The notes under the pieces are model-generated. The model saw nothing but the letters and a program-made list of their open reading frames with translations. It was not told the origin of the DNA and made no database searches. Below are positions 19,429-29,876 of a stretch of DNA of 36,156 nt, in pieces. The DNA is from an uncultured Bacilli bacterium (GTDB lineage Bacteria > Bacillota_I > Bacilli_A > RF39 > UBA660). Numbering within the stretch: the stretch's first letter is position 1; each line of letters begins with the position of its first letter. The position numbers and the translations under genes are program-made. The stretch covers positions 1 to 36,156 of the forward strand of contig CANQDI010000003.1 of the NCBI GenBank assembly GCA_947591575.1, in the 5' to 3' direction.

Positions 19429-20013
19429 ATGAGCTTAGTACCAATGATTATTGAAAAAGAAATACAAGGAGAAAGAAGTTACGATATTTTTTCGAGACTA
19501 TTAAAAGACCGCATTATTCTATTAACAGGAGAAATTAATGATTCGTTGGCAAATGTTGTCGTAGCACAACTTCTTTATTTAGATTCTATCAATCATGAAG
19601 ATATATCAATCTACATTAATTCTCCAGGAGGATCGATTACAGCCGGCATGGCCATTCATGATACTATGCAGTTTATTAAAAGTTCTGTATCAACTATCTG
19701 TATTGGTATTGCGGCATCGATGGCTGCCTTTCTCTTAGCAGCAGGAGAAAAGGGAAAACGTTTTTGTCTTCCGAATAGTGAAGTGATGATTCATCAACCC
19801 TTAGGAGGGGCAGAAGGACAAGCAACTGAAATTCAAATTGCGGCCAAACATATTTTAAGAATTAAAACAAAAATGAATCGAATGCTTGCAAAGAATACAG
19901 GAAAATCATTAAAAATCATTGAACAGGATACAGAAAGAGATTACTTTATGGAAGCAAATGAAGCGAAGGAGTATGGACTTATCGATTCTATTTTAGAAAA
20001 AAAGAAAGTTTAG
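19429..20013 (+). CDS. clpP: ATP-dependent Clp protease proteolytic subunit
   Basis: [26 protein letters not shown] (Ser), MIHQPLGG (His), ERDYF (Asp); ATG 19429 follows AGGTG. Confidence 0.97.
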   Translation: MSLVPMIIEKEIQGERSYDIFSRLLKDRIILLTGEINDSLANVVVAQLLYLDSINHEDISIYINSPGGSITAGMAIHDTMQFIKSSVSTICIGIAASMAAFLLAAGEKGKRFCLPNSEVMIHQPLGGAEGQATEIQIAAKHILRIKTKMNRMLAKNTGKSLKIIEQDTERDYFMEANEAKEYGLIDSILEKKKV

Positions 20014-20173
20014 TACATATTAAAAATAAAGAGGAAAAGATTCAAATAGAAATCAAAAAAAAGCCTCTTTTTTTTATTTTTAAGAGAAAAAGAAGCAATA
20101 TTTTTAAAATCGCTTCTTTGCACTATTCAATGAACTTTGCTATTTTAGAAAACGTTAAGGAAAGGAGAAATGT

Positions 20174-21676
20174 ATGAAAAAAATATTATGGTTCTTAACG
20201 ACACTTTTAGGAATTGCCTGTTTTCATATTCCATCAGTTGAAGCACAAACCGCACAATTTTATGAAGCAGAGTATATTCCAAATGTTTATATTGTAAGGG
20301 AGAGAAATGGAGTAAGATATTATCAACAAGGAAGATTTTTTCGGAATACTGTAACACAAGAACTTGCTTATTGTTTACAACCTTTCTCTAGTTTTGATGC
20401 AAATGCAACTTATGATGTTCAAGAAAAGCTAGCGGCACTTGATGATGAAACAACGAATAAACTGAAGGCTGTTGTAGCTTTTGGTTATCCTTTTATTAAT
20501 AGTGATCCTGCTTATTACATAGCTACCCAACTTAAAATTTGGCAGATCTTAGAGCCTAATGATCAATTTTACTTTACAAAAGGTTTAAATGGACCTAAGA
20601 CAACGGATTATGACTATTTATTACGATTTATTGATAATACGATCAATGTCTATAATCAAACACCAGAATTTGCTAATCAAATCTATACAACCACTGTCAA
20701 TGGCGATGTTTCTTTAAATATGCCACTTAGTAATTATTATGAGGATATTATTGAAACAGAATTATCCTATGAAAGGCATTATGATACTGTTACTTTTAAA
20801 AACTTAAAAGCTGGAGATTATACAATTAAAGTGACAAGAAAATATCAAAATGTTTCCAATACACCCATGTTATTTTACTATCATCAAAACAGTCAATGGT
20901 TGATGAATCGTGGCCTTATTGAAGATAAACATTATACTTTTCAAATCAAGGTAGTTGATACTTCCATTCATGTAATAAAAGTTGATGCAGATACAAAGAC
21001 AAAGAAACCAAGTGGAGAAGCCTCTTTGCAAGGTGCTGTTTTTTCTCTTTATCAAGGAAAAGAAAAAATAGCAACAATTACATTTGATGAATCTTTAGAA
21101 GCAATGATTTCTGTTTCCAATAAAACAATCGATTACTTACCTTTTGGAACTTATACTTTAAAAGAAGAAAAGGCAGGGAAAGGATATTTATGTAATGATA
21201 AAGAAATTGAAATCACACTTGATGCAACACATCCCAATATTGAAATTGTCCTTGAAAATAAAGTGATACAAAATAAAGTTACCATTCAAAAATTTTATGG
21301 GACAAAGCAAATCATTAAAAGTGAAAGTAACGTTTTATTTGAAATTTATGACAAAGATGGAAATATCATAAAAACAATTATGACAGATCAAGATGGAAAA
21401 TGTATATTTTATTTACCTTTTGGCAAATATACCATTCATCAAAAAACAACTATAGAAGGATATCAAAAAGTAGAAGATTTTGATATAGAAGTGAAAGAAG
21501 ATCAAAAAGAACATCACTTTACATTATATGACCAAGAAATTCCTAAAGAAGAAAAGCCACAGGAACCAACCGTTGAAATTGAAGTTCCCGATACAAGTGC
21601 AAAAGCGATATCACCCTTTTTTATCATTGGAGCAATAGCAGGATTATCTTATGTCCAAAAGAAAAATAGGATGTAG
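20174..21676 (+). CDS. Sortase-anchored surface protein with thioester domain and SpaA/CnaB-type domains
   Basis: Signal peptide (VEA-Q); YCLQP and TQLKIWQ thioester-domain motifs; KVDAD...LQGAVF...GTYTLKEEKAGKGY repeats; VPDTS + TM + basic tail. Confidence 0.8.
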   Translation: MKKILWFLTTLLGIACFHIPSVEAQTAQFYEAEYIPNVYIVRERNGVRYYQQGRFFRNTVTQELAYCLQPFSSFDANATYDVQEKLAALDDETTNKLKAVVAFGYPFINSDPAYYIATQLKIWQILEPNDQFYFTKGLNGPKTTDYDYLLRFIDNTINVYNQTPEFANQIYTTTVNGDVSLNMPLSNYYEDIIETELSYERHYDTVTFKNLKAGDYTIKVTRKYQNVSNTPMLFYYHQNSQWLMNRGLIEDKHYTFQIKVVDTSIHVIKVDADTKTKKPSGEASLQGAVFSLYQGKEKIATITFDESLEAMISVSNKTIDYLPFGTYTLKEEKAGKGYLCNDKEIEITLDATHPNIEIVLENKVIQNKVTIQKFYGTKQIIKSESNVLFEIYDKDGNIIKTIMTDQDGKCIFYLPFGKYTIHQKTTIEGYQKVEDFDIEVKEDQKEHHFTLYDQEIPKEEKPQEPTVEIEVPDTSAKAISPFFIIGAIAGLSYVQKKNRM

Positions 21677-22217
21677 TCTTCTCATTCTTTTCCTTGTAGT
21701 AGGACTTAGTATATTTATAACAAGAAAAGAAGAAAACATGGTAACCACTGTTTTTTCTTCCTTTCAAGAAAGAATGAGTGTTGGAAGAAAAAAATTAGCA
21801 TTGAAAGAAGATACAGCAATTGGAAGTCTTTTAATTCCTAAAATTCATTTACAAAAAAAGCTCTATGCAGTGGAAGATAAGAGAAATACGATCTCACAAA
21901 ATGTTACAATATTAAAAGAATCTAATTATCCTGATCAAGAAGGAAGTACGCTTTATTTAGCTGCACATTCCGGAAATGCCAAGAATTCTTATTTTGAAAA
22001 ACTAGATCAATTAACTATTGGAGATTTCGTAGAAATACATTTTAAAAAGAACGTTTACACCTATCAAATTGATCAAATAGAAAGTCAAGTAAAAACAGGA
22101 AAAATTACGGTTCCTATTTCCGCTAAGAAACAACTGATTCTAACAACTTGTCATCCTAAAGAAAAAGATAAGCAATTAGTTTTAGTGGCTTATATCCAAA
22201 AAGAAACAGATTCTTAA
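21651..22217 (+). CDS. Sortase (class C/D-like)
   Basis: N-terminal TM, LLIPKI, LAAHSG (His), F..LDQL..GD, LTTC (Cys); overlaps the substrate gene. Confidence 0.85.
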   Translation: MSKRKIGCSLLILFLVVGLSIFITRKEENMVTTVFSSFQERMSVGRKKLALKEDTAIGSLLIPKIHLQKKLYAVEDKRNTISQNVTILKESNYPDQEGSTLYLAAHSGNAKNSYFEKLDQLTIGDFVEIHFKKNVYTYQIDQIESQVKTGKITVPISAKKQLILTTCHPKEKDKQLVLVAYIQKETDS

Positions 22218-22231
22218 AGAGTCTGTTTCTT
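22201..22231. terminator. Bidirectional terminator between sortase and clpB
   Basis: AAGAAACAGATTC-5nt-GAGTCTGTTTCTT. Confidence 0.7.
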
Positions 22232-24324
22232 TATTGAATTTGAATTTCTCCGTTTTTCAAAGTGAATGTAATAATATCTCCATACTGTACTTTTCCTTCA
22301 ATGATTCTTCTTGCTAGTAAACTTTCGATTGTTTTACTAACTATTCGCTTTAAAGGACGAGCACCATATAAATGATCATAACCTTCCTCAACCAGTTTTT
22401 CTTTGACGCTATCTTCTAAATGTAGATGAATATCTCTATCTTGAAGTCGTATTTCTATGTCTTTTAAAATCTTCTCTAAAATTTGATACATGACTTCTTT
22501 AGACAGAGGATTAAATACAATTACTTCATCAATGCGGTTGATAAATTCAGGGCGAAATGTTTCTTTTAATTCTTGTAAAACTGCTTCTTTCTTTCCTTCT
22601 AAGATATGATCACTACCTAGATTAGAAGTCATAATAATAATTGTGTTTTTAAAATCAACGGTTCTTCCATTTGAATCTGTAATACGACCATCATCCAGAA
22701 TTTGTAAAAGTAAATTTAATACTTCAGGATGGGCTTTTTCAATTTCATCAAACAGCACAATACTATAGGGATTCCTTCGAACTGCTTCTGTTAACTGTCC
22801 TCCTTCTTCATAGCCAACATAGCCAGGAGGAGATCCAATCAAACGAGAAACACTAAATTTTTCCATATATTCACTCATATCAATTCGAACCATATGTTTT
22901 TCATCGTCAAATAAAGCATCGGCAAGGCTCCTTGCCACTTCTGTTTTTCCGACTCCTGTTGGTCCTAAAAAGATAAAGGAACCAATAGGACGATTTGGAT
23001 CTTTAATTCCACTACGAGATTTTAAGATTGCTTCACTGACTAAGTGAAGTGCCTCCGTTTGTCCAATCACTCTTTTTGAAAGTGTTTCCTCAAGATGCAA
23101 TAATTTTTCTTTTTCTCCACTTAATAATTTACTTAAAGGAATATGTGTCCATTTTGATATGACCGTACAAATATCTTCTTCACTGACGGTATCACTTAAA
23201 AGTTTTCTTTTATCATTTTCCTTTAAGGCTTGAAGCTCTTTTTCAAGTTTTGGAATTTCTCCATGACGAAGACGTGCTGCTTTTTCTAAATCATATTCAT
23301 TTTCTGCTTGCTCTAATTCAAAGCGTGTTTTTTCTAATTCTTGCTTTTTTTCTTTGATCTGATTTAAAATATCTTTTTCTTTTTGCCACGATGTATTCAA
23401 TGTCTTTTCTTGTTCTTTTAAAACAGTTAATTCTTTTTCAATTTCTTCTTTTCGTTTCATTGAAAGTGGATCCTTTTCTTTCTTAATTGCTTGCTGTTCA
23501 ATTTCTAGTTGCATAATTTTTCTTGTTAAACTATCAAGCTCATTTGGTACAGAATCCATTTGTACTCGAATCGTTGCACATGCTTCATCTACTAAATCGA
23601 TGGCCTTATCCGGTAAATAACGATCAGTAATATAACGATTTGATAGGGTTGCTGCTGCTACCAATGCTTTATCCTGAATAGAGACACCATGATGAATTTC
23701 AAAACGTTCTTTTAAGCCTCGTAGAATCGTAATTGTATCAACTACGGTTGGTTCGCTTACCTTTATTTTTTGAAAACGCCTTTCCAATGCACCATCTTTT
23801 TCAATATACTTACGGTATTCATTAAGAGTCGTTGCACCAATGACATGAATTTCTCCACGGGCAAGCATTGGTTTTAAAATATTGGAAGTATCCATAGCTC
23901 CCTCCATATTACCAGACCCTACAATTGTATGAATTTCATCGATAAATAAAATAATTTCTCCTTCACTCTTTTTAATTTCATTGAGAACATTTTTAAGTCG
24001 CTCTTCAAACTCACCACGGTACTTTGCTCCTGCTATTAAACTTGCCATATCAAGTTCCCAGATCATTTTATCTTTCAAACTATTCGGAACATCACCTTTT
24101 ACAATTCGAAGTGCTAATCCTTCTACAATAGCGGTTTTTCCAACACCAGGTTCTCCAATCAACACAGGATTATTTTTCGTTTTTCGAGAAAGAATACGTG
24201 TAATTGCTCTAATTTCTTCGTCACGGCCAATAACGGGATCAATTTTGCCATTTTTAACCGCGTCATTAATATTTCGACCATATTTTTCTAGTACTTTTTC
24301 TTCTTGTTCTTGATTTGGATACAT
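22231..24324 (-). CDS. clpB: ClpB-type AAA+ chaperone lacking the N-terminal Clp-repeat domain
   Basis: GEPGVGKT and GPTGVGKT Walker A motifs, long coiled-coil M domain, GYVGY pore loop; begins directly at NBD1. Confidence 0.9.
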   Translation of the reverse strand: MYPNQEQEEKVLEKYGRNINDAVKNGKIDPVIGRDEEIRAITRILSRKTKNNPVLIGEPGVGKTAIVEGLALRIVKGDVPNSLKDKMIWELDMASLIAGAKYRGEFEERLKNVLNEIKKSEGEIILFIDEIHTIVGSGNMEGAMDTSNILKPMLARGEIHVIGATTLNEYRKYIEKDGALERRFQKIKVSEPTVVDTITILRGLKERFEIHHGVSIQDKALVAAATLSNRYITDRYLPDKAIDLVDEACATIRVQMDSVPNELDSLTRKIMQLEIEQQAIKKEKDPLSMKRKEEIEKELTVLKEQEKTLNTSWQKEKDILNQIKEKKQELEKTRFELEQAENEYDLEKAARLRHGEIPKLEKELQALKENDKRKLLSDTVSEEDICTVISKWTHIPLSKLLSGEKEKLLHLEETLSKRVIGQTEALHLVSEAILKSRSGIKDPNRPIGSFIFLGPTGVGKTEVARSLADALFDDEKHMVRIDMSEYMEKFSVSRLIGSPPGYVGYEEGGQLTEAVRRNPYSIVLFDEIEKAHPEVLNLLLQILDDGRITDSNGRTVDFKNTIIIMTSNLGSDHILEGKKEAVLQELKETFRPEFINRIDEVIVFNPLSKEVMYQILEKILKDIEIRLQDRDIHLHLEDSVKEKLVEEGYDHLYGARPLKRIVSKTIESLLARRIIEGKVQYGDIITFTLKNGEIQIQ

Positions 24325-24347
24325 TATTTTTGCCTCCTTTTGTTCTT

Positions 24348-24375
24348 ATTATATGCAAAAATTAGCAAATGTCAA
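24348..24375 (-). promoter_or_regulatory. Sigma-A promoter of clpB
   Basis: TTGACA-16nt-TATAAT, then GGAGG RBS. Confidence 0.75.
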
Positions 24376-24388
24376 TAGAGAGTGCTAA
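24362..24388 (-). promoter_or_regulatory. CIRCE element (HrcA operator)
   Basis: TTAGCACTC-N9-ATTTGCTAA versus consensus TTAGCACTC-N9-GAGTGCTAA; overlaps the -35. Confidence 0.85.
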
Positions 24389-24410
24389 AAAAGAATAAAA
24401 AAAAGAAGAC

Positions 24411-25676
24411 TTATTTGTTAGATAAGACTTCGATAGCCCTTTGCAGTTGATTATCATCTTCCTCTAAACCACTTTCTAAAAACGCTTCATTTAAAGGAAC
24501 TTCTTCTGTTGGCGTAACACCTATCTCATTTAACCATTCTCCTTTGGCCGTAAACCATTTTTGCGTTGTGTACTTAATCATAGAACCATTACTTAATGTA
24601 ATACTTCTTTGAACTGTTCCCTTTCCGTAAGTAGTCATTCCAATAATATCTGCTTTATAAACTTCTTTCATACATGAGGCTAAAATTTCAGAGGCAGAAG
24701 CACTTGATTCATTGGTTAAAATTACAACGGGATAAGTCCTTTTTTCATTACTTAAAGCATAAATTTTCTTTTTCTTTCCATTTTCTTCCAACTGATACAT
24801 CAATTGTTTTTTTGTAAGGAAGAAAGACAGTATTTCAGAAACTTGAGTAAGATGTCCACCTGGATTATCACGGACATCAATGATGAGCGCATCGATTTTT
24901 TCCTTTTCGATTTTCTTTAAATTCTCTTCAAATTGTTCTGCTGTATTCGCTGCAAATACACTTACCCCTAAGTATCCTATTTTTTTATTTTCTTGCGAGT
25001 AAATTTTTGAAGTAACTGAAGAGATTTCAATCGTTTCTCTGGTAACTTCTATTTCTTTAAGTTCATTATCCCTTAAAACTTCTAATTGAACACGAATCCC
25101 TTTTTTTCCTTTAATAAGAGCAGAAATTTCTGTCAATGTTTTACTACTAATATCTTCACCATCAACTTTTTTTAATATATCATTATTTTTAAGACCTGCT
25201 TTATCGGCAGGGCCATTTTTCACAATATCAACAATCGTAGATTTTCCATTTTGATAAAGCAAGCTAGCTCCAATACCAATATATTCTCCATCAATCGTTT
25301 CTTTTAAGTTTTTAGATGCTTCACCGTCTAGATAAGCAGAATATGGATCATCCAAGCAACCTACCATACCAGCAATCGCTGCATTCAGTAAATCTTTTTT
25401 ATCAACATCATCATAGTAATTTTCTATAATATCATTGTATGTTGTAACGAATTCTTCTAAATCTTTTGGTACATTTGTAGAAATCGCTGTATCTTTAGCA
25501 AAATCGACTAAATTTCCTATTAAAAAACCAAATAAAATGGAAATAGACATGATAATAATAACTTCTAAATAATTAAAACCAACTTTTCTTTCAATAATAA
25601 TTTCTTTTACTTCTTCTGAATCTCTCTTTTTTTGTTCTTGTTTTTGCGCTATTTCATCTTGTTTCTTTCTAGGCAT
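24411..25676 (-). CDS. S41 C-terminal processing peptidase (CtpA/CtpB-like)
   Basis: TM anchor, DPYS, PDZ (GIGA), DVRDNPGG, SASASE, TYGKGTVQ. Confidence 0.9.
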   Translation of the reverse strand: MPRKKQDEIAQKQEQKKRDSEEVKEIIIERKVGFNYLEVIIIMSISILFGFLIGNLVDFAKDTAISTNVPKDLEEFVTTYNDIIENYYDDVDKKDLLNAAIAGMVGCLDDPYSAYLDGEASKNLKETIDGEYIGIGASLLYQNGKSTIVDIVKNGPADKAGLKNNDILKKVDGEDISSKTLTEISALIKGKKGIRVQLEVLRDNELKEIEVTRETIEISSVTSKIYSQENKKIGYLGVSVFAANTAEQFEENLKKIEKEKIDALIIDVRDNPGGHLTQVSEILSFFLTKKQLMYQLEENGKKKKIYALSNEKRTYPVVILTNESSASASEILASCMKEVYKADIIGMTTYGKGTVQRSITLSNGSMIKYTTQKWFTAKGEWLNEIGVTPTEEVPLNEAFLESGLEEDDNQLQRAIEVLSNK

Positions 25677-25766
25677 TTTAGCTTCACCCCTTACTTTTTA
25701 ATCATATCATAAATAAGGATTTTTTAGAACCATTTCCAACAGGATTTGACAATAAAAAAAAGAGAA

Positions 25767-26249
25767 TTATTGATAATCCTCTACAAAACTTTGGATAGCA
25801 TCTTCTCCTTCTATATAGTCTTCAATTTTTTGATTATGAATATGAATAAGTGTTGAACCATTTATTTTTAATTCACTCGATTTTGTTGCATTTGGATTTC
25901 CTTCATTTGAAAGAAGACCTTTATTGAATGCATGAGACAAATCGACCGTATATACTTTTATTTTATCAGCAGACATTAAAGTACTGACAGTCGTAGAAAG
26001 ATTAGTTGTTTTATCTTTCTTATCATAACAAAGTACTAAATACTCATCTTCATTTTTTGAAAAAACTTCTCCCAATATAATTTCACTATATTGAATCGAA
26101 ACACTTCCATTATCTATGGTTGTTTTTTCTATATATTTATTCTTTTTTACAAGTACACTGGTTAAAAAGTACATTCCCCCTAAGAAAAGTAATACAACAA
26201 GTCCATAGATTATCATCTTTTTTCCTGTATTGTCGCTTTGTTTTTTCAT
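25767..26249 (-). CDS. Membrane-anchored hypothetical protein
   Basis: 160 aa with a single N-terminal TM; thioredoxin-like pattern without CxxC, weak. Confidence 0.65.
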   Translation of the reverse strand: MKKQSDNTGKKMIIYGLVVLLFLGGMYFLTSVLVKKNKYIEKTTIDNGSVSIQYSEIILGEVFSKNEDEYLVLCYDKKDKTTNLSTTVSTLMSADKIKVYTVDLSHAFNKGLLSNEGNPNATKSSELKINGSTLIHIHNQKIEDYIEGEDAIQSFVEDYQ

Positions 26250-26307
26250 TTTGCATCACCATTTAGAGTATACCATAATCATGACGAAAAATAAACACTC
26301 CATGTGT

Positions 26308-27306
26308 TTATTTCATAGTCGGTAAAACGCTAATAGATTCAGCCACTTCAATCAATTCATCTTGATTTAAAACATCGCTTACAAGATAATACTCCATCCC
26401 ATTGACAACCCAAGAAAGTGAGTTGTCTGCAAGAGCACCTATCGTATCCATAAATTGAAATGGTTCTCCATAAGTTGGTACAATAGTAAATTCATCTTCT
26501 TTACTGACCGTTTCTTCCACTAATAAAAATGGTTTTTCTCCTTCAAAAGTTAAAATAACTCTTTCTCCATCTACCTTGGTTACCTTTTCTTCACTTGTTA
26601 ACTTCGTTCCTTCTGGAATGACAAGTGGGTAAATAATATCCTCAATGACACTTGTTGTCTCTATTTCTTCTGTTAAACTAGCTGATTTCATGGACTCTTC
26701 TAAACTGAAGTACTCAGTTTTAAAGTTCGGCTTCCAATCTATCTTTGAAAAAGTCATTGTCATTTCAGGAATATCATTATCATCAAACACTCTTACTGTT
26801 TTTAGGTTTAATTCTTTATCAAAAGTCACTTCTTGTTTTTTTAGCTTTCGATTATTTGGATAATTCACTGTACTTGTAAATACATATGATTTTTCATTTG
26901 CTTTAAAAGTACGATCTTGATCATTTTCCAAATCATCGATGATAGATTCTAATAAGTAAATTTGTGAATTGTTATAAGGCCAATCGCTTTGGAATTTAAA
27001 ACTTTTATTTAATGAAGGTGTTAATACATAAACAGCTGTATCATTTTTTAAAATAATTTGCTCGTGATTATTTGCATCATTTTTTAAACTTACCTTGTAA
27101 TAATCATCTTTTTTATAAGAAGTTTTTACTGTGTAATTATAAATATCATCATTATTAACAATTTCTAGCTTTCCTTCTAAATAATAAGCATTGGTATTTT
27201 TTATTTTATTTTTTAAATCCTTTATAATATCTTCTTCTCCATATTTTCCACATCCAGTCAAACAAAATAAAAAGAATAGTGCCACAATAAGACAAATTTT
27301 TTTCAT
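26308..27306 (-). CDS. LolA-like lipoprotein (YdcC-like)
   Basis: Lipobox LTGC; QIILKND..VYVLTPSLNKSFKFQSDWP.N.SQ.YL resembles B. subtilis YdcC. Confidence 0.75.
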   Translation of the reverse strand: MKKICLIVALFFLFCLTGCGKYGEEDIIKDLKNKIKNTNAYYLEGKLEIVNNDDIYNYTVKTSYKKDDYYKVSLKNDANNHEQIILKNDTAVYVLTPSLNKSFKFQSDWPYNNSQIYLLESIIDDLENDQDRTFKANEKSYVFTSTVNYPNNRKLKKQEVTFDKELNLKTVRVFDDNDIPEMTMTFSKIDWKPNFKTEYFSLEESMKSASLTEEIETTSVIEDIIYPLVIPEGTKLTSEEKVTKVDGERVILTFEGEKPFLLVEETVSKEDEFTIVPTYGEPFQFMDTIGALADNSLSWVVNGMEYYLVSDVLNQDELIEVAESISVLPTMK

Positions 27307-27417
27307 TTTTTCACCTCAATTTCTTATTCATTACACTATATGGTATTTTTTTTAAAGTATTCATGAATAATTTGGAAATTTTGAAGCATTCTATAAACAA
27401 AAGTAAAGGAGGATTTT

Positions 27418-27621
27418 ATGGAAGCAATTAAAAAAATAGCACTTGTGCTTGTCATTATTGGCGCATTAAACTGGGCACTTGTGGGACTTTTTGATATGGA
27501 CCTTGTTGCCACCATCTTTGGTAGTTCAGAAAATATCATTGCAAGAATTGTCTATATTATTATAGGAATTTGCGGTCTCATTTGTATTCCTATTTTATTC
27601 GATGATCTAGAAAAAAAATAG
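27418..27621 (+). CDS. DUF378 small membrane protein (YuzA-like)
   Basis: IIGALNWALVGLF..DLVA.IFG...ARIVYIIIG; AAGGAGG RBS. Confidence 0.85.
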   Translation: MEAIKKIALVLVIIGALNWALVGLFDMDLVATIFGSSENIIARIVYIIIGICGLICIPILFDDLEKK

Positions 27622-27641
27622 AAGGTTTCCCCTCTATTTTT
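27614..27641. terminator. Bidirectional terminator
   Basis: AAAATAGAAGG / CCTCTATTTT arms between convergent genes. Confidence 0.55.
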
Positions 27642-28995
27642 ATTTTGCGGTAATACGTACTTTTACTTTCTTTGTTTTCGATGAATAAGAAAGACGAACA
27701 TCATCACCTGTAACTTTCACTTCTACTTCATGTTCTCCTGGACCATAATCTTTTAAATCAATATAAGGATGAAGTGAAGAACTTTCTAGGCCATCAATGA
27801 TGTCTTTACTTCCCTTTACCACTACAGTCACAATGCTATCTGCTTCTGTTAGTGCTTGTACTCGGTAATTTTGATTTAAGTTTTCTGTAGCGATATGAAT
27901 TCCTTCAAATTCTTTTGAAGCTAAGTTATCAATTGTTACTTTCACAGTAACGGTTTTTACACTAATTTCTGTTATTCCATTTGGTCGCTCTAATGTCACT
28001 GTAAAGTCTTTATTTTGATTTAGTCCTTCAACATTGATTTCTACTGGAATAGACGTTACTGCAGCAAGTGCTTCTTCACTACCATAAATTGTAACATTAC
28101 TTACAGAAGAGCTTAATGATTTAATAGACTTACCAAATGCAAGTTCTCCTTTTGGAACAATTCTTAATGGCACTTCTTTACTAGGTGATGTAATTTTAAC
28201 TTTTGCAGTAACCGTTTTTGGAACAATTTCTACATCCATGATTTTTCCATCTATATCATAAGCTTTTAATGGAACATTTTCAAGAACTAAATCTCCCGCT
28301 TGTGGTTTTGCAAAATCATCAACGTCTACCAAGGCTTTCACGGCAGCTACTTGATCAAGACGATATTTAGCACCTTTTACAATGACTTCGCTACGATCCA
28401 GTTCAACACTATCAATATTGAGTTTTGTATCCAAATTATCTTTATGTAAAATATCGGTTGTAAGTGCTTTGGTCTGAGATGCTTTCTCATAAATCGTAAT
28501 ACTTACTTCACTTGGATCCAATCGATAATCTAGTGACTTTAAGCGTTGTGAGTATTTTAATGTTACTTTGTGTGTACCTGGCTTTAATCCTGTAAGATCA
28601 ACTGTAACTCCTCCAGAGGGAGATTGCTTTGCAAGAAAAATATGTCTCTTTTGGCCAACTAATGTAATATCAACTGTCTTAGGAAGTCCTTCTACAACAT
28701 AAGCCTCTTCATTATAAGTTGCAGTGACAGGTTGATTATAAAGTACTTCTGCATATTGATCAATTAAAGTATTACTTTCTCCATCAATGATTAAGAAAAT
28801 ACTAAAAGCAAGAATTAATGAGATGATAATTAATGTTTGTTTTTTTCCTAAAAAACGTTCAAAAGTTCTACCATTACTTTTAAAAAATTCACTGACTCGT
28901 AATACTACTTTTGTAATGGGGGTAATTAACCATTTATCAAAGAATAAACCAATATGACGAAATACGTTTTTAATACCTTTAATTATTTTCTTCAT
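27640..28995 (-). CDS. cdaR: CdaR (YbbR) diadenylate cyclase regulator
   Basis: TM followed by beta-rich YbbR-type repeats; overlaps cdaA. Confidence 0.85.
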   Translation of the reverse strand: MKKIIKGIKNVFRHIGLFFDKWLITPITKVVLRVSEFFKSNGRTFERFLGKKQTLIIISLILAFSIFLIIDGESNTLIDQYAEVLYNQPVTATYNEEAYVVEGLPKTVDITLVGQKRHIFLAKQSPSGGVTVDLTGLKPGTHKVTLKYSQRLKSLDYRLDPSEVSITIYEKASQTKALTTDILHKDNLDTKLNIDSVELDRSEVIVKGAKYRLDQVAAVKALVDVDDFAKPQAGDLVLENVPLKAYDIDGKIMDVEIVPKTVTAKVKITSPSKEVPLRIVPKGELAFGKSIKSLSSSVSNVTIYGSEEALAAVTSIPVEINVEGLNQNKDFTVTLERPNGITEISVKTVTVKVTIDNLASKEFEGIHIATENLNQNYRVQALTEADSIVTVVVKGSKDIIDGLESSSLHPYIDLKDYGPGEHEVEVKVTGDDVRLSYSSKTKKVKVRITAK

Positions 28996-29812
28996 ATATC
29001 TCTTCCTCTTCTAATGCTTCTTCATCTAAATCTATACTTTGTTTAGGTTTTAACTCATCAATTAACATCATTCTTACATCATCAATTGTTAAATTATAAA
29101 AAAGTTCTCCCTTCACAGCAATAGATAATCTTCCCGTCTCTTCTGAAACAATTAAAGCAATCGCATCAGTTTCTTCAGCAATTCCTAAAGCAGCACGGTG
29201 TCTTGTCCCTAGTCGTTTAGATATTTTGCTACTACTACTTGTTGGAAATACTGCCCCAGCACAAGTAATACGATCTCCTTGAATGATAACTCCTCCATCA
29301 TGAAGAGGATTATTAGGAAAGAAGATAGATATTAATAGATCACTGGATAAGTCTCCATAAATTTTTTTCGCTTTATCAATATAATTTCCAAGACTAATAT
29401 CTCTTTCTAATACAATCAACGCTCCGATTCTTTGTTTTCTAAGTTGATCTGTTGCTTGAACAATTTCATATACAAGGCGTTCTCTTTCATCTACTGTTAA
29501 GACTTTATGTCTTCCTAATAATTGGCTTCTTCCTAATTGCTCTAAAATGGTACGAATTTCTGGTTGAAAGACAATGATGAGTGCAAGAGGTCCCCACATA
29601 ATTACATACTCAAGTAAAACACCTACTGTTGTAAATCCAAAGAAATCACTTGCTAATTTTAATAATACAATGAGAATAACTCCCTTAAATAAAAGAGTTA
29701 ATTTTACATTGTTTCTTATATTTTTTAAAATAACATAGATTAACATCCAAACAATTGAAATATCAATAATTTTTTTGATAATTGATAAGATGGTTGACAT
29801 GTTTATAAGCAT
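28979..29812 (-). CDS. cdaA: Diadenylate cyclase CdaA
   Basis: Three N-terminal TMs, IVFQPEIR, PLHDGG, GTRHRAA. Confidence 0.95.
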   Translation of the reverse strand: MLINMSTILSIIKKIIDISIVWMLIYVILKNIRNNVKLTLLFKGVILIVLLKLASDFFGFTTVGVLLEYVIMWGPLALIIVFQPEIRTILEQLGRSQLLGRHKVLTVDERERLVYEIVQATDQLRKQRIGALIVLERDISLGNYIDKAKKIYGDLSSDLLISIFFPNNPLHDGGVIIQGDRITCAGAVFPTSSSSKISKRLGTRHRAALGIAEETDAIALIVSEETGRLSIAVKGELFYNLTIDDVRMMLIDELKPKQSIDLDEEALEEEEIYEENN

Positions 29813-29876
29813 TTCTTCTTCCTCCTATTTTCGACATATTTTACAGTATATCGTATTTTTATCGTCATTTCAAGTT

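Noticed and set aside
1619-26863. Shadow ORFs at 1619, 3058, 9324, 11006, 12806, 14822, 15400, 15693, 16462, 16616, 17190, 17215, 18092, 20145, 20870, 23981 and 26645
   Set aside because: Antisense or alternate-frame overlaps of well-supported genes, with no RBS or recognisable motifs.
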